A stretch of DNA of 64,000 bases, from the IMG/VR virus record IMGVR_UViG_3300037089_000535; one strand, given 5' to 3'. The first letter of the stretch is position 1. Each line of letters opens with the position of its first letter. A program made the position numbers and the translations under genes. Positions 35,436-46,981 of the stretch are shown in pieces. Origin of the DNA: a virus. Lineage: Duplodnaviria > Heunggongvirae > Uroviricota > Caudoviricetes. The notes under the pieces were generated by a model. The model was not told the origin of the DNA. It made no database searches and saw only the letters and a list, made by a program, of their open reading frames with translations.

Positions 35436-35957
35436 CTATTGTCTATATCTAAGCATTTTGTGTAGTTCTTTGAGTCGTTTATTTTTCTGATCTTGTCGCC
35501 ACTCTTTTTGCTTATCTGTATAAGCTTTTATACATGCAGGGCATCGACAACGATATTTCCTAAACATCCAATAACTACCATGGGTTGGTTTGTTTATATT
35601 GCCTGCATAATCCCATTGCTCGTTCGTTTTCCTTTTGTGACAATCGGCACAAAGCACTTGCAAATTCTTAATCTCATCTTCAAATCGTTTATCATTAACA
35701 CTATGCAGGTCTGATGCTCTCATTGTCTTTTTAGATTTATCCTTATGATCAAGATGGAGTGGGCCTTCATTAGTTCCACAGCGCACACATTTTCCACCTA
35801 GCCGATCAATAACCCTTTGGCGAGTATTATGATACCTATTCGCCATATACTCTCGCATGTAATCTGCGCGAGGATGATTTGCCGCCTCAGAATATAGCTG
35901 GGCATACTTGATTAACTGTTCAATCGAAATCACTAATATATAGTAGAGTATTGCCAT
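35436..35957 (-). CDS. HNH homing endonuclease
   Basis: CVRCGTNEGPLHLDHKDKS...VLCADCHKRKT. Confidence 0.65.
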   Translation of the reverse strand: MAILYYILVISIEQLIKYAQLYSEAANHPRADYMREYMANRYHNTRQRVIDRLGGKCVRCGTNEGPLHLDHKDKSKKTMRASDLHSVNDKRFEDEIKNLQVLCADCHKRKTNEQWDYAGNINKPTHGSYWMFRKYRCRCPACIKAYTDKQKEWRQDQKNKRLKELHKMLRYRQ

Positions 35958-36048
35958 AGCGGCTATTGGGCCAAAAAACCTTCTGGCCGGCCTATGTCAC
36001 TATTATTAATGAGGTATTATATTGACTGATTAATTCATTTGATATAGA

Positions 36049-36444
36049 TTGGTGATCATGACAAAACGCCCAACCAAATTTGGAACAACTGTCCCTGAAT
36101 TGAAGGAAGTGATTGCCAAATACGGCTGTGGATTAGGTAGTGATCCACCTTATGTAGTGGTTGGCGAGTTCAATTCCAAGACAAAAGGGCCGTATGCGGG
36201 CATCCTGGCGGCCGCCCTAAACCAATTCCACGCCTACCTTATATGGCGTGAGGTCAACAAGAACGGCCGGGCGGACGTCAAGAGATCAGAATTCCATCCA
36301 AAGACAAATTTCTCCATCGCCCGCTACAAGCAACAACTTCGGGAAAAGATGGAAGCCGCCAAGCTGGCAGAGCAACAGCCAACAGAACCACGGCCCCGCC
36401 CGCGGATTGTATCGTGGTCTGGTAAAGAGAAAGAAAACGCATAA
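36049..36444 (+). CDS. Hypothetical protein
   Basis: ORF. Confidence 0.3.
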   Translation: MVIMTKRPTKFGTTVPELKEVIAKYGCGLGSDPPYVVVGEFNSKTKGPYAGILAAALNQFHAYLIWREVNKNGRADVKRSEFHPKTNFSIARYKQQLREKMEAAKLAEQQPTEPRPRPRIVSWSGKEKENA

Positions 36445-38360
36445 TGCCGAGTCTTAAAGAATTAATTGATCAGATTGATAAGCACGACAATTCTTACTAT
36501 AACGATTTCGTTTCGCTTATCTCTGATCAAGAATATGATGGCCTGAAAGATCAGTTAGCTTCACAGTCCAAAGACTTCCTGGCCAAAGATCATAAAGCTA
36601 AAGTAGATGTTTTGCTGGCTGAGCGCATTCGCGATGCGCTTACTCGCATCGGGGCTCCGCCGCCTGCCGATGGAAATTGGCCAAAATACCAACACGAAGT
36701 TCCCATGGCTTCCCTTAATAAGGCGAACACACCGGAAGAACTTGATGTTTGGTTTAAGAAATGCAAAGGCCCAAAGCTCATTCTTCTAACCGAGAAGATG
36801 GATGGGATGAGCATTAGCCTGAAGTACGAAAAGGGGAAACTGATCTGTGCTGCCACTCGTGGCGATGGCGATGTTGGGGAAAACATCACGCGCAATGTGC
36901 GGAAGATGTCCCGAGTTCCTTTTGAGATCAAAGGTTTCTCTGGGCACATCAGGGGAGAGATCGTTCTTCTGCGATCGGTTTGGAAGAAGTCTTTGCCGGA
37001 AATGGCAAACACGCGCAACGCAACCGGCATGTCAAAGCGCTCTGATGGTGACGGCTGCGAACATCTCACCATCTTTGCATACACCATCGAAGGCAAGGAG
37101 TTCAAAACAGAAGTCGAAGCCTACAATTGGTTGAAGAGCGTTGGTTTCAAGACACCCAATTTCGTGGTGGGCACTGCCGAAGATCTCAAAAAGATGTGGC
37201 AGAAGTACATGGATGAGACGCGAGATAGCCTTGACTGGGACATTGATGGTCTCGTTGGCCACATCAATGACCGAGCTGAGCGATACGCCCTTGGCGATGA
37301 AGGCCGAGGCCCAAAGGGATCCATCGCCTTCAAATTCGAAGCTCCCGAGGCGCGCACCATTGTTACAGACATCGTATGCCAGACCGGCGATACTGGTATC
37401 ATCACGCCGGTTTCAGAATTCGAAGAAATTGAATTGCTCGGCGCAAAAATTAAGAGAGCATCTCTACATAACTTCTCTTTGGTAAAAGAACTCGGCGTAA
37501 ACATTGGCGCTGAAATTCTAGTAACCCGGGCCAATGACGTAATTCCGTACGTCAAAGAAGTTACCAAGCCGAACAACGGATATTTTGGAATCCCAGAACA
37601 CTGCCCTTCTTGCGGTACCAAGCCCGTGCGCGTTGGCGAATACGTTCGTTGCCCCAACAAAAAGACCTGCCCAGCTCAAGTCATCGGCAGATTGAACAAG
37701 TGGATCAAGGAACTTGGCATTCTTGAATGGGGCGAATCAATTCTAACGAAGCTCATCGCAGCCGGCAAGGTCACTGACATCGCTGACCTGTATCGACTCA
37801 AAGCGTCAGACATCACTAGTCTCGAACGCATGGGCGATAAAGGGGCCGAGAAGCTTTTGAAGGAACTTGACAAGTACCGAGCAGTGACCCTGGAGAACTT
37901 CCTCGGCGGTCTCTGTATTGATGGCGTGGCAACCTCTACAGTGAAATCTGTCATGAATGCCGGCCACGATACTCTTGACAAGATACGTGCACTCTCTCCA
38001 TATCGGTTGGAGCAGGTTTCTGGATTCGGACCGAAGCGGGCCAATGCGCTTCTAGATGGGCTGGAAGAAAACGAAGAAAGAATAGCGGATATCCTCAGCG
38101 CCGGGGTGACCATCAAAGTAAAGATCAGGGGCGCACTCAGCGGCAAACGCTTTGCATTCACAGGAACAATGGCCACGCCGCGTAAGCAACTTCAGAATAT
38201 GGTGACAGAAGCAGGCGGCGAGGTTGATAAATCAGTAGGTGCAAAAACCACATACCTCGTTATAGATGATGTTGCCAGTACAAGTAGCAAGGCCGTGGCA
38301 GCGCGTAAGCTGGGCACGGAACTAATATCTGAGGCAGACTTCCTCGCAATGGCTCAATAG
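36444..38360 (+). CDS. ligA: NAD+-dependent DNA ligase
   Basis: Adenylation motif EKMDGMSISLKY (KxDG), a CPSCGT...C Zn finger, and a C-terminal BRCT-like domain. Confidence 0.88.
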   Translation: MPSLKELIDQIDKHDNSYYNDFVSLISDQEYDGLKDQLASQSKDFLAKDHKAKVDVLLAERIRDALTRIGAPPPADGNWPKYQHEVPMASLNKANTPEELDVWFKKCKGPKLILLTEKMDGMSISLKYEKGKLICAATRGDGDVGENITRNVRKMSRVPFEIKGFSGHIRGEIVLLRSVWKKSLPEMANTRNATGMSKRSDGDGCEHLTIFAYTIEGKEFKTEVEAYNWLKSVGFKTPNFVVGTAEDLKKMWQKYMDETRDSLDWDIDGLVGHINDRAERYALGDEGRGPKGSIAFKFEAPEARTIVTDIVCQTGDTGIITPVSEFEEIELLGAKIKRASLHNFSLVKELGVNIGAEILVTRANDVIPYVKEVTKPNNGYFGIPEHCPSCGTKPVRVGEYVRCPNKKTCPAQVIGRLNKWIKELGILEWGESILTKLIAAGKVTDIADLYRLKASDITSLERMGDKGAEKLLKELDKYRAVTLENFLGGLCIDGVATSTVKSVMNAGHDTLDKIRALSPYRLEQVSGFGPKRANALLDGLEENEERIADILSAGVTIKVKIRGALSGKRFAFTGTMATPRKQLQNMVTEAGGEVDKSVGAKTTYLVIDDVASTSSKAVAARKLGTELISEADFLAMAQ

Positions 38361-39647
38361 GTGCGGGGAGATTGGACCTCCCTAAGGACACCAATGAAAC
38401 GTTCGAGTAGAGAAGCGACCCGGGATTGGGTCAATTCGCAACGTGCCAAGGAGCGCGAACAAAAGCTGCGCCTCGAAGCTGAGGCTGAGAAAAAGCTCTG
38501 GCTCGTCCAAGAGGCCATTGCGAAAAACAACAAGCATAAATCACTTCTGGATTATGTTGGCGAAGAGCCGACTGAGTTCTGGCTAGCTATCGAGAAAAAA
38601 TCTCCGAAGATTTTGGACAAAGAATATCTGCACGCGGTTCGCATTGTGAACACGCTAGAACATCAACGATCAATTACAGATTGGGAGCCGCGTGGTAAAG
38701 GAAAGACTACCATCTTCAACTCTCTTTGTGATCACCTGTTAGCCAAGTTTCCCACGCCACAATTCATTTGGTCTGCATTCTGGGAACAGGACGTTGCTCA
38801 CAGCCTTGGAGTTCGTGATACTGGAAAAATAATAATCCAAACGGTAGTTGGAATTGCTCGGGGTGATAGTTTCGCCAAGATGTGCAAGTCTGGCGAATTT
38901 CCGATAACCTTCACCAACAAACAATGCCATCAGTTCCTAAACTCAACTTCCGATAGTTCATTCATGAGCGCGCTTCGGCGTGTACAAATCCAAACTCACG
39001 GCGGAGATAGGCGCTTGCTGACGGCCTTGATGGCACGCGATGCTGGTAAGAAGTTGGCAAGCACTAGGGACGAAACCTTTCTTGACTCTGTGATTCATTG
39101 GTTCGCCAAGAACCCAATGATGGACATGCAGCAGTTCGGCCCTCTCTGCGACTACATCTGGTTTCGTTACGGAGCCGGAGCGGCTGGGAATGACTTCTCC
39201 ATGAAGGGGCGCAGCGTCCTTGCAATGATGCGCGGGATGGAAGAATGGCACGCCGATCTTGCTAAGAGGAAGGCCGTCGTAGGCAAAGAGTACAAACCAT
39301 CTGGCATCAAGGCTGGACATTACGAATTCAAGCACCGCACAGCAGAAGGAAATTTCGTTACTTTAACTTGTGATATCAATGAAATCCTCACGTCAAAACT
39401 ACTCCATGCCGAGGGCTCTGCGCTCAAGCACTGCGTGCTTTCCTATTCGTGGTCTATCGAACAAGGCAACTGTTCTATATGGTCAATGACATTTAACGGT
39501 GACAGAGCAGTTACGATTGAAGTTAGGGGTCGGCAAATTTCACAAGTGCGCGGCATGCGCAACAGGCAATCAACTTCTGAAGAATTCAAAATCATTCAGA
39601 AATGGGCTCAAGAAAACCAACTCTCAATATCTCTATCGAGGTGGTAA
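38361..39647 (+). CDS. Hypothetical protein
   Basis: 428-aa ORF. Confidence 0.35.
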   Translation: MRGDWTSLRTPMKRSSREATRDWVNSQRAKEREQKLRLEAEAEKKLWLVQEAIAKNNKHKSLLDYVGEEPTEFWLAIEKKSPKILDKEYLHAVRIVNTLEHQRSITDWEPRGKGKTTIFNSLCDHLLAKFPTPQFIWSAFWEQDVAHSLGVRDTGKIIIQTVVGIARGDSFAKMCKSGEFPITFTNKQCHQFLNSTSDSSFMSALRRVQIQTHGGDRRLLTALMARDAGKKLASTRDETFLDSVIHWFAKNPMMDMQQFGPLCDYIWFRYGAGAAGNDFSMKGRSVLAMMRGMEEWHADLAKRKAVVGKEYKPSGIKAGHYEFKHRTAEGNFVTLTCDINEILTSKLLHAEGSALKHCVLSYSWSIEQGNCSIWSMTFNGDRAVTIEVRGRQISQVRGMRNRQSTSEEFKIIQKWAQENQLSISLSRW

Positions 39648-40046
39648 ATGGGAAGAAAACTAACGGAAGTTCCGGCAGCAATAATTGGCAAAATGAGCTG
39701 CGTAGAAACTTTGATGATTCAAATTGATCGCGTTTTACATTTTACCAAAAGGATTCAAGAGCTTGGTAAATCTCCTGACGAGGTGGTTATTACACTTCTA
39801 AATGTTGATGATGATTTTGGTAGATATTTGGCTGATGAATTAATGCCCGGCTATGATTGGCAGGCTATCAGGGATACTGGCGCAACACCATACGCCAGAG
39901 GTTTAGCCGGCCGCGAAGGCATACAAAATATGTTGGATGAATTAGATTATGATGCGGGTCAGAAGCTGCGCAAAGCCGGCTCTGTGGTAACTGTAGTGGT
40001 CATGGACCATGGGGCGATTGAAGTATTCAAAGAAGGAGATTGGTAA
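39648..40046 (+). CDS. Hypothetical protein
   Basis: ORF. Confidence 0.3.
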   Translation: MGRKLTEVPAAIIGKMSCVETLMIQIDRVLHFTKRIQELGKSPDEVVITLLNVDDDFGRYLADELMPGYDWQAIRDTGATPYARGLAGREGIQNMLDELDYDAGQKLRKAGSVVTVVVMDHGAIEVFKEGDW

Positions 40047-40300
40047 AATGATACTGAATCTATTTGACGCAACTCCAGAATCTGAACCAATGGAAAAGCG
40101 CGCTATCGAAAAGGGAGCGTTGAGTTCGGCACACGCAGCGCGAGTGGAGGTTGATTATGAATACCAGGTTGAACAATGGGTGATTGATATTGCCAATGAT
40201 CAGCCAGATATAGTGCGTGCTGAATGCCCAGACATTGGCCGCAAATGGGTTCGGGATTCAGCAACAACTATGGCCGAGGTGAAGTGATGAGGTATGGGTA

Positions 40301-40831
40301 ATGGAATCAAAAGAACTAGTTAAGAAGAGCAAATATCTGAGTCTTATTCTTCGGCATGATCCTGCTAAAGCCAATCTAACTCTAGATGAACATGGTTGGG
40401 TTTTGGTAAATACTCTTCTTAAATCTATAGGATGGGGATTGTTCGAGCTAGTAGAGGTTGTTCAGGAAAACGACAAGAAACGTTTTGAGTTCAGTGAAAA
40501 TGGAAAGAAGATTCGTGCTAGCCAAGGACATTCTGTTTATGTTGATCTTGGTTATGAGATAAAGGAACCTCCAGAGTTTCTTTATCACGGAACATCTAGT
40601 GACAACAATAAATCAATATCAGAGCGTGGTCTGTTGAAAAGAGATCGCCATGATGTTCATCTGTTCGATGATAAGGATAAGGCATTTGACATTGCAAAGA
40701 ATCGCCGTAGGAATCATTGTGTCTTGACAATTAGCGCAAAGCAAATGTCAGAAGATGGATTTCAATTCAGGCTTTCGACCAACAATGTTTGGCTAACAGA
40801 GACAGTGCCGCCGAAGTACATTGTCTGGTAA
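40301..40831 (+). CDS. kptA: RNA 2'-phosphotransferase (Tpt1/KptA family)
   Basis: LSLILRHDP, LYHGTSS and RDRHDVHL motifs. Confidence 0.8.
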   Translation: MESKELVKKSKYLSLILRHDPAKANLTLDEHGWVLVNTLLKSIGWGLFELVEVVQENDKKRFEFSENGKKIRASQGHSVYVDLGYEIKEPPEFLYHGTSSDNNKSISERGLLKRDRHDVHLFDDKDKAFDIAKNRRRNHCVLTISAKQMSEDGFQFRLSTNNVWLTETVPPKYIVW

Positions 40832-41064
40832 ATTTGGCCTAGTGGCCTGCAACGCCCAATTGCCTTGACATATGGCATGCTCTATGCCAGAGTAAAATCA
40901 ACATATGGCATCAAAAGGACTATTGTCTTGCAGTATTTGTGGTAGTGAAATTAAACAAGACCATGGAAAAGACAGCGCAATCGCGCGCATCGAATGTCAA
41001 GGCTGCGGCATATCATCTGATATTCCCAAAAAAGCCAAAGAGATAGAGATATATTATAGAAGGC

Positions 41065-41850
41065 ATGGCTCAAACACTAAAACAGAGAATGATATCATAT
41101 GAGGAGTCTACATCTCAAAGAATAATAAGTAGAATCCCAATAATAATCAAAATTGATGGCCGTTCATTCTTAAGGGCCACGCAAAACATACACAAGCCGT
41201 TTTGTCATAAGACAATGGCAATGTTTAATGGAACCATGTTATCTCTTGTCAAGAAAATTGATGGCGCAACATTTGGTTATCAATACTCGGACAAGATTAT
41301 AATCGTCCTACGCAATGACCGCAGCGAATCCGAGGACCCTTGGTTTGGAAATGAGGTCCAGGATATGTGCTCGGCATCGGCGTCGATGGCCACCTACGAG
41401 TTCATGAACCAGCTATGGGAAATAGATAGCCCGCCAGATCTCGAAGGAAGCATAACCTTCAAGGCAAGTGTATTTGGTGTACCGACTATCAGTGAGGTAA
41501 TAAACTACATCATATACAGACAGTATTGCTGCATGCAATACGCCATTGACGAGGCGATTTATTCGCTTCTCGGGCGAAACTCTGCCTTGGATGGCGTTGG
41601 CGTTGAGGAGCGCAAAAAAATACTTGACGATGCCGGCATATCGCTAAATAATTTTCCAGCGTCGTTCCATCACGGGTCTGCCGCTTACGTAACCCCAAAA
41701 TTAATTAGTACAGCACAGGGAGAAGTTACGCACCATAAATGGATGTTGGATTTTGATGTCCCCCTGTTCGTTGATAAGAAAGAAAGGGAAAGGCTTCGAA
41801 CAATCCTAACAACAGGGTGTGATATTTTCAAACCGGAACGTGATTTTTGA
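41065..41850 (+). CDS. tRNA-His guanylyltransferase (Thg1)-like protein (TLP), tRNA 5'-end repair
   Basis: IIIKIDGRSF catalytic motif and the overall Thg1 layout. Confidence 0.7.
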   Translation: MAQTLKQRMISYEESTSQRIISRIPIIIKIDGRSFLRATQNIHKPFCHKTMAMFNGTMLSLVKKIDGATFGYQYSDKIIIVLRNDRSESEDPWFGNEVQDMCSASASMATYEFMNQLWEIDSPPDLEGSITFKASVFGVPTISEVINYIIYRQYCCMQYAIDEAIYSLLGRNSALDGVGVEERKKILDDAGISLNNFPASFHHGSAAYVTPKLISTAQGEVTHHKWMLDFDVPLFVDKKERERLRTILTTGCDIFKPERDF

Positions 41851-42191
41851 TGCAAGACTTTCATCTAGAAATTCTCCTATCCGTACTACAAGATTCTTGT
41901 AAAGAAGGAAAGGTAGTTCCTCGCTCTGTACTGTTCTCAAAATTCGAGAACATAGCAAGATCAGGTTTGGAGATAGATAAGTTCAAAAGATCTCTGTCTT
42001 ATTGTATTAACAACGTAAAAATTAGTGGATACAAGATAAGACACGGGAGAGGAGGCGGAGTGTATAAGGTATCAGAAACAGAAAAGGTTACTATTATTTG
42101 TTACTCTGGTAAATTCACCGGACAAATCCCATCAAAAACTCTAAACAGACTCATCGTTGGTCTTAAGAAACAAACAAAGAATGGAAAGTAA
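41847..42191 (+). CDS. Hypothetical protein
   Basis: ORF, coupled to the upstream gene. Confidence 0.3.
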   Translation: MMQDFHLEILLSVLQDSCKEGKVVPRSVLFSKFENIARSGLEIDKFKRSLSYCINNVKISGYKIRHGRGGGVYKVSETEKVTIICYSGKFTGQIPSKTLNRLIVGLKKQTKNGK

Positions 42192-42193
42192 CA

Positions 42194-42709
42194 ATGGAAA
42201 CTGCTAGAGCGCAGGCTGAAGAATTTCATATACAAGAAACTTTTTTCATTGATCCTGAAGCCAAGCCACATATTAATCTAATCAAAGTTCCAGATGCAGC
42301 TGGGCGTCCTTACTTCATCGGAAAGCTTCAATTTCCGGCGATAATGAAATTTGAACGCGGAGCTTCATTTATGGTGTTCCTAGCCGAAACTGGCATTGAA
42401 GAGCTTCAAATAGCTCCAATCGATCCGTCGCGGCGCAGTAAAGCAAGGGCCAATTGCGGGGCCTCTATAACCAATGGTAAGTTCTCGATCGACCTACGCC
42501 CAATGATTGATTTTAATGGATCAGTCTATTATGTTGGAGAGGCGATTGGGTTCTTTGAGATGGATCTAGAACCTGGAATATTCTTCACAATTTTCACATC
42601 AATTCCAGGTCAAGAAAGAATCCAAATCTCAAAACTACAATTCAAGCCAAAACCAAGATACGACGCCCCTAGAAATACATTCAACCCAAGACATTTCGAA
42701 AATATTTAA
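42194..42709 (+). CDS. Hypothetical protein
   Basis: ORF. Confidence 0.3.
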   Translation: METARAQAEEFHIQETFFIDPEAKPHINLIKVPDAAGRPYFIGKLQFPAIMKFERGASFMVFLAETGIEELQIAPIDPSRRSKARANCGASITNGKFSIDLRPMIDFNGSVYYVGEAIGFFEMDLEPGIFFTIFTSIPGQERIQISKLQFKPKPRYDAPRNTFNPRHFENI

Positions 42710-42990
42710 GTCGAGGCCAGAGCCGGCGTCCTCTGAAGGCTCAGAGGACATATGCGAATACACCTAATTAGTCTGATACTATTGACGTCTTGCGGAACAA
42801 CTCCGCCAAAATCACCAGAACCAATAGAAGTAGATACAAGGTCTACAATAGATTATACGACACCTAATGAAAATGTTGGGATTGTTTTTGAAGACAATCG
42901 AGATAGCGAACGCACAGAGCATGCTCCGCCACCAACATCTACATATAAGATTTCAAGCAAAACAAAAGAAACTTCAGCGAAGTAGGCTAT

Positions 42991-43464
42991 ATGAAAAAGC
43001 CACTTCGTATTATCTTTTTGGATTTCGACGGTGTGATGAATAACGCCGGATCATTAGACAAAATAGATCCGTTAGATTCTAAAGCAATACAATTACTCAA
43101 TGATCTTGTCAATGCAACAGATGCTTGCATTGTAATTTCTTCTTCGTGGAGGATTGGTAATACGCTGCACTGGATTCAGCTGATGATGGCAAGGGCCGGC
43201 TTCAAGTTCCCTGAGAAAATCATCGGGGCAACAATGGAGATTTCGGACAAGACCAATGGTGGTATTTGGGTTTCTAAAACTCGCGGTCAAGAAATTGCTC
43301 TATGGCTTGAACAGGTTTCGGTTGACTCGTTTGTAATATTTGACGACGAAAGTGATATGGATCCCGTTACAGATCATCTTGTAAAAACAACATTTGAAAC
43401 AGGTCTTTTGGAAGAGCATATTGAACGAGCAAAGAAACTACTATTACCGTTCGGGTTGATATGA
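42991..43464 (+). CDS. HAD-superfamily phosphatase-like protein
   Basis: Motif I IIFLDFDGVMN (DxDGV). Confidence 0.45.
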   Translation: MKKPLRIIFLDFDGVMNNAGSLDKIDPLDSKAIQLLNDLVNATDACIVISSSWRIGNTLHWIQLMMARAGFKFPEKIIGATMEISDKTNGGIWVSKTRGQEIALWLEQVSVDSFVIFDDESDMDPVTDHLVKTTFETGLLEEHIERAKKLLLPFGLI

Positions 43465-43652
43465 AATTATTAGATATTCAAAGAGACTCTAAAGTTATAT
43501 GCCAATGTTCAGACGGATCAGATTATTTGACGTTTAAGCATATTGATGGTATGTACAGCTTCTGTGTCACTGAAAATGGAAATGTAGTACACCTGTACTG
43601 TATGACCGAATTGTCCCTACAACCGGACGGTTCATATAAGCTCGATCCGCTA

Positions 43653-44441
43653 TCAAGCGGCCAATCGTAATCTCCAGGCTCTAGTTTTGATACTACTTTC
43701 CGTTCTGCCCAATTTCTCAGCTGCTTTTTTGTATGGGAATTTTAATACAATCGCGTCTTCTCTCGGAGTCCATCTGCGAACTTCCCATGTTCTCTTTACC
43801 ATGCTAGCTGGGCGCACCCAGGCCTTAGCAACATCGGCTGATGCAAGCTTCCTATCCAAACAAAGACATCCAGGATAATATAGTTCGCTAATTAGCTTTT
43901 GAGCATCTTCACAAAAAACACATATATTATAAGCATTATCTCGCTTATTTGGCTTACTAACTTTTATCTGACCAGTTTTTCTGAATATGAAATCAATATA
44001 TGCGCGGCACAAAACAGGACTTGTTGTTACCAAAGATATGAATGGTTGCCTGGCTGTCATTCCCAGAGAGCCATCGCCGTCAATTACACCTCTCCAATAA
44101 TCAATCTCTGAAAATTTAACTATTGGCGGAGCAATGATTTTCGACTTCTTACCATATGGTAGGCCTAATGAATTCAATGTTGTTCTAAATTCCAAATCAT
44201 ACACTGTCCAAACTACCGATGTGTAATTTTTCTTGAAATTAGTATTGCGCGTTCTTTCTCTAATAGAAGAATTTACAGATATTAACCGTTGAAAACGTTC
44301 AAGTAAAGGCAGGTCTTCTTTTTGAATTTCGATTTCTGCGTGCCCGCGATTTCTAGTATTTTGAGATAGATGTCCATCAGTCTGTAAGAACCCAAAAAGA
44401 TAGGCCAACTCAGGATTTGTAAGATTAAAATGATATACCAT
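43653..44441 (-). CDS. LAGLIDADG homing endonuclease
   Basis: Two LAGLIDADG-like blocks: YLFGFLQTDGHL and WRGVIDGDGSLG. Confidence 0.6.
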   Translation of the reverse strand: MVYHFNLTNPELAYLFGFLQTDGHLSQNTRNRGHAEIEIQKEDLPLLERFQRLISVNSSIRERTRNTNFKKNYTSVVWTVYDLEFRTTLNSLGLPYGKKSKIIAPPIVKFSEIDYWRGVIDGDGSLGMTARQPFISLVTTSPVLCRAYIDFIFRKTGQIKVSKPNKRDNAYNICVFCEDAQKLISELYYPGCLCLDRKLASADVAKAWVRPASMVKRTWEVRRWTPREDAIVLKFPYKKAAEKLGRTESSIKTRAWRLRLAA

Positions 44442-44463
44442 AATTATATGATATATCCACTTT

Positions 44464-45879
44464 ATGGAGACCGATGTGTCTTTTAAATATATTGCTCAAA
44501 AAATTAGTGATTCTCAGTACGTTCTTCCTAAAGTTGGAACTATGAAAACTGATGCTAAAGTATTTTTCTCAGAGGAGCTTTATGAAGCCTCCGAGGAAAA
44601 TTACTGGAAGCAACTTCATGATGCCGCTTCATATGAAGGTGTCACCGGAGTATATGGATTGCCAGATGGCCATTCTGGGTTTGGTGTTCCAATTGGTTGC
44701 GTTATTGTTACTGATGGAACGCTAATACAAGCCGGCTCTGGCTATGATATAAATTGTGGAATAATTTGTTTGAAGGTAAATCTTACGGCCAATTCTGTTA
44801 AAAGTTTTTACAAAAGAGAGCAATGGATTCGTGAAGTTGAAAAAAGGGTATCTTCAGGAATCGGATCTGGGCGACCTAAACTAATGCCAACCTTTAGCGA
44901 TAAGAAGGTTCAGGAAATTCTTCGCTATGGAGCCAAGGCTCTAGGTGCACACAAAGAAATTTGTGAAAGACAATATATCCCTGTGCCAGACGAAATGGAC
45001 TTTACAGTCATTGAAAAGGCTTATGCTAAGGTATCGTCTCAGCTCGGCTCTGCCGGCGGCGGAAATCATCATTGTGAGCTACAAGTAGATCAGGATAGTG
45101 GTGATGTATATGTAATGGTTCATTGCGGTTCGCGTGGATATGGATATCAGACAGCGAAACACTTCTTCTATGCCGGAGCCGAACTTCGTGGATTACCAAA
45201 AAATAGACGTGAAGATTCATGGCTTAGAATAGACGAACCTCTTGGTAAAGAATATTGGGCTTATCACAATAGCGCGGCAAACTTCGCAATTGCTAATCGT
45301 CACATTATAATCAGCGGAATTAAAGATGCTCTTCAAGAAGTTTTTAATGCAGACTCAGAAGTATATTACGAAATTAGCCACAATCTAATTCAGGAAGAAA
45401 CTTTAATTCTTCCAGATGGAAGTACAACAAAAGGATTTGTCCATCGTAAAGGGGCAACTAGAGCCTTTCCAGCAGGTCACCCAGATCTTATTGGTACAAT
45501 ATGGGAAAAGACAGGCCACCCTTGTTTAATTCCAGGATCAATGTACGATGGAGCGGCTATTCTCTTTGCCGAACCAGGGGCGCATCAATCCGCTTGTTCT
45601 GTAAACCATGGATCTGGTAGAAAGATGGCTCGTGGAGAAGCTCGTCGCAAACTAGAACATAAACAATTAAAAATTGATGATGATATGAAAACGGTTAAGC
45701 GTAAACTTGGAGGAGTTGAGATCGAGGGTATAGCAATTAACAACAAGCACACGCCACTTGATGAATGTAGTCATGTATATAAGGATCTTGATACTGTGCT
45801 TGAGGTATTGACAACAAACAATATAGCAAGAATAGATAAAAGGCTTTATCCTGTAGCAAATATCAAGGGAGTTGATTAA
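44464..45879 (+). CDS. rtcB: RNA-splicing ligase RtcB
   Basis: GYDINCGI, AGGGNHHCELQ, YHNSAANFAIANR, VHRKGATRAF and IPGSM motifs. Confidence 0.88.
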   Translation: METDVSFKYIAQKISDSQYVLPKVGTMKTDAKVFFSEELYEASEENYWKQLHDAASYEGVTGVYGLPDGHSGFGVPIGCVIVTDGTLIQAGSGYDINCGIICLKVNLTANSVKSFYKREQWIREVEKRVSSGIGSGRPKLMPTFSDKKVQEILRYGAKALGAHKEICERQYIPVPDEMDFTVIEKAYAKVSSQLGSAGGGNHHCELQVDQDSGDVYVMVHCGSRGYGYQTAKHFFYAGAELRGLPKNRREDSWLRIDEPLGKEYWAYHNSAANFAIANRHIIISGIKDALQEVFNADSEVYYEISHNLIQEETLILPDGSTTKGFVHRKGATRAFPAGHPDLIGTIWEKTGHPCLIPGSMYDGAAILFAEPGAHQSACSVNHGSGRKMARGEARRKLEHKQLKIDDDMKTVKRKLGGVEIEGIAINNKHTPLDECSHVYKDLDTVLEVLTTNNIARIDKRLYPVANIKGVD

Positions 45880-46677
45880 TGGAACATCTGTTCGGCGAAG
45901 TTATATGTGAGGCAACTCAGAAGTTGAAAGATGTCGGTTTGTATGCCAGGACTGTGAGTGGCAGTAAAATTCGTGGCGGCTCGCACAAGAGGTATGATGG
46001 TAGCGATATCGGAGTTGTCTACGGATACTTTACACTGGAGGTTCTAGAACATGGCGGAGTTGTTATTACGATTGCTAAAGATTCATTAGAGGAAGCCACG
46101 CAATTCCTGATTGATAATATCAAGCCTGGAGTTTCTGATGAGCCTCCGATAATACTCCACCGAGGCTGGCCACAGGATTATTAAAGATTGAAGGACACAT
46201 AGCTGATGTCAATAAACAATTATGTTTCTAGAGGCTAGGAAATATGCATATCAAGATGTACTTAAAATGATTTCCGAGATTGAGGATAAAGCAAGTCACG
46301 GCTGTTATAATGACTAGTGAGATTTAATGTATTGCGACTTCTGCACCTGCACCATGTGTCAGAACGGATGTTCTGATGTCATCGCTTATCATGTAGACGA
46401 TCCTCCAACTAGAATCTTGGGCGATTACGAACTTTGGCATGCGCAATGCGAAGATGGCCGATGGATCTGTGATACATGCTACCATTACGAATGCTGTGTG
46501 GATGCCGGCAGCGATCCTTGCGACGGTCTCTGCGGCCAGTATAAGTGTGAGCACCGGCCGAAACTTATGTCAGAATGGACATTTTGGACGTATCATCCAG
46601 TGGTTGAGTGTGAGATAGCCACAGACAAACAAATTACATTGACTAATTTAGTCTCTTGAATTATCATCAGATCAATT

Positions 46678-46977
46678 ATGATTCACTTCGAAACTATCTG
46701 GAACGCGGCCGAGAGCGTAGTGAAGAGCTACACCGACCTCGGACGCAAGGAGATCCTTGGCCAAGTCAGAGCCGGAGTTGACAATCTGGCAGACTCCGAC
46801 TCAATAGCCGAGTACAACGACGCCCTTGGCGACGTCCTGTTCGGACTATGTGCGCTCTGTGCCCACCTCGAAGAGAAGAAGAACTTGCAGCTAAACTCGG
46901 CCGCAGCGCTGGCGCAAGCCATCGAACGAAAGCGCGCCGAGATTCTTGCCCTAACCGCAAAGGAACCGGAAAGATAA
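46678..46977 (+). CDS. MazG-like nucleotide pyrophosphohydrolase (small)
   Basis: EYNDALGDVLFGLCALCAHLE resembles the MazG EExxE/D helix. Confidence 0.4.
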   Translation: MIHFETIWNAAESVVKSYTDLGRKEILGQVRAGVDNLADSDSIAEYNDALGDVLFGLCALCAHLEEKKNLQLNSAAALAQAIERKRAEILALTAKEPER

Positions 46978-46981
46978 GCTC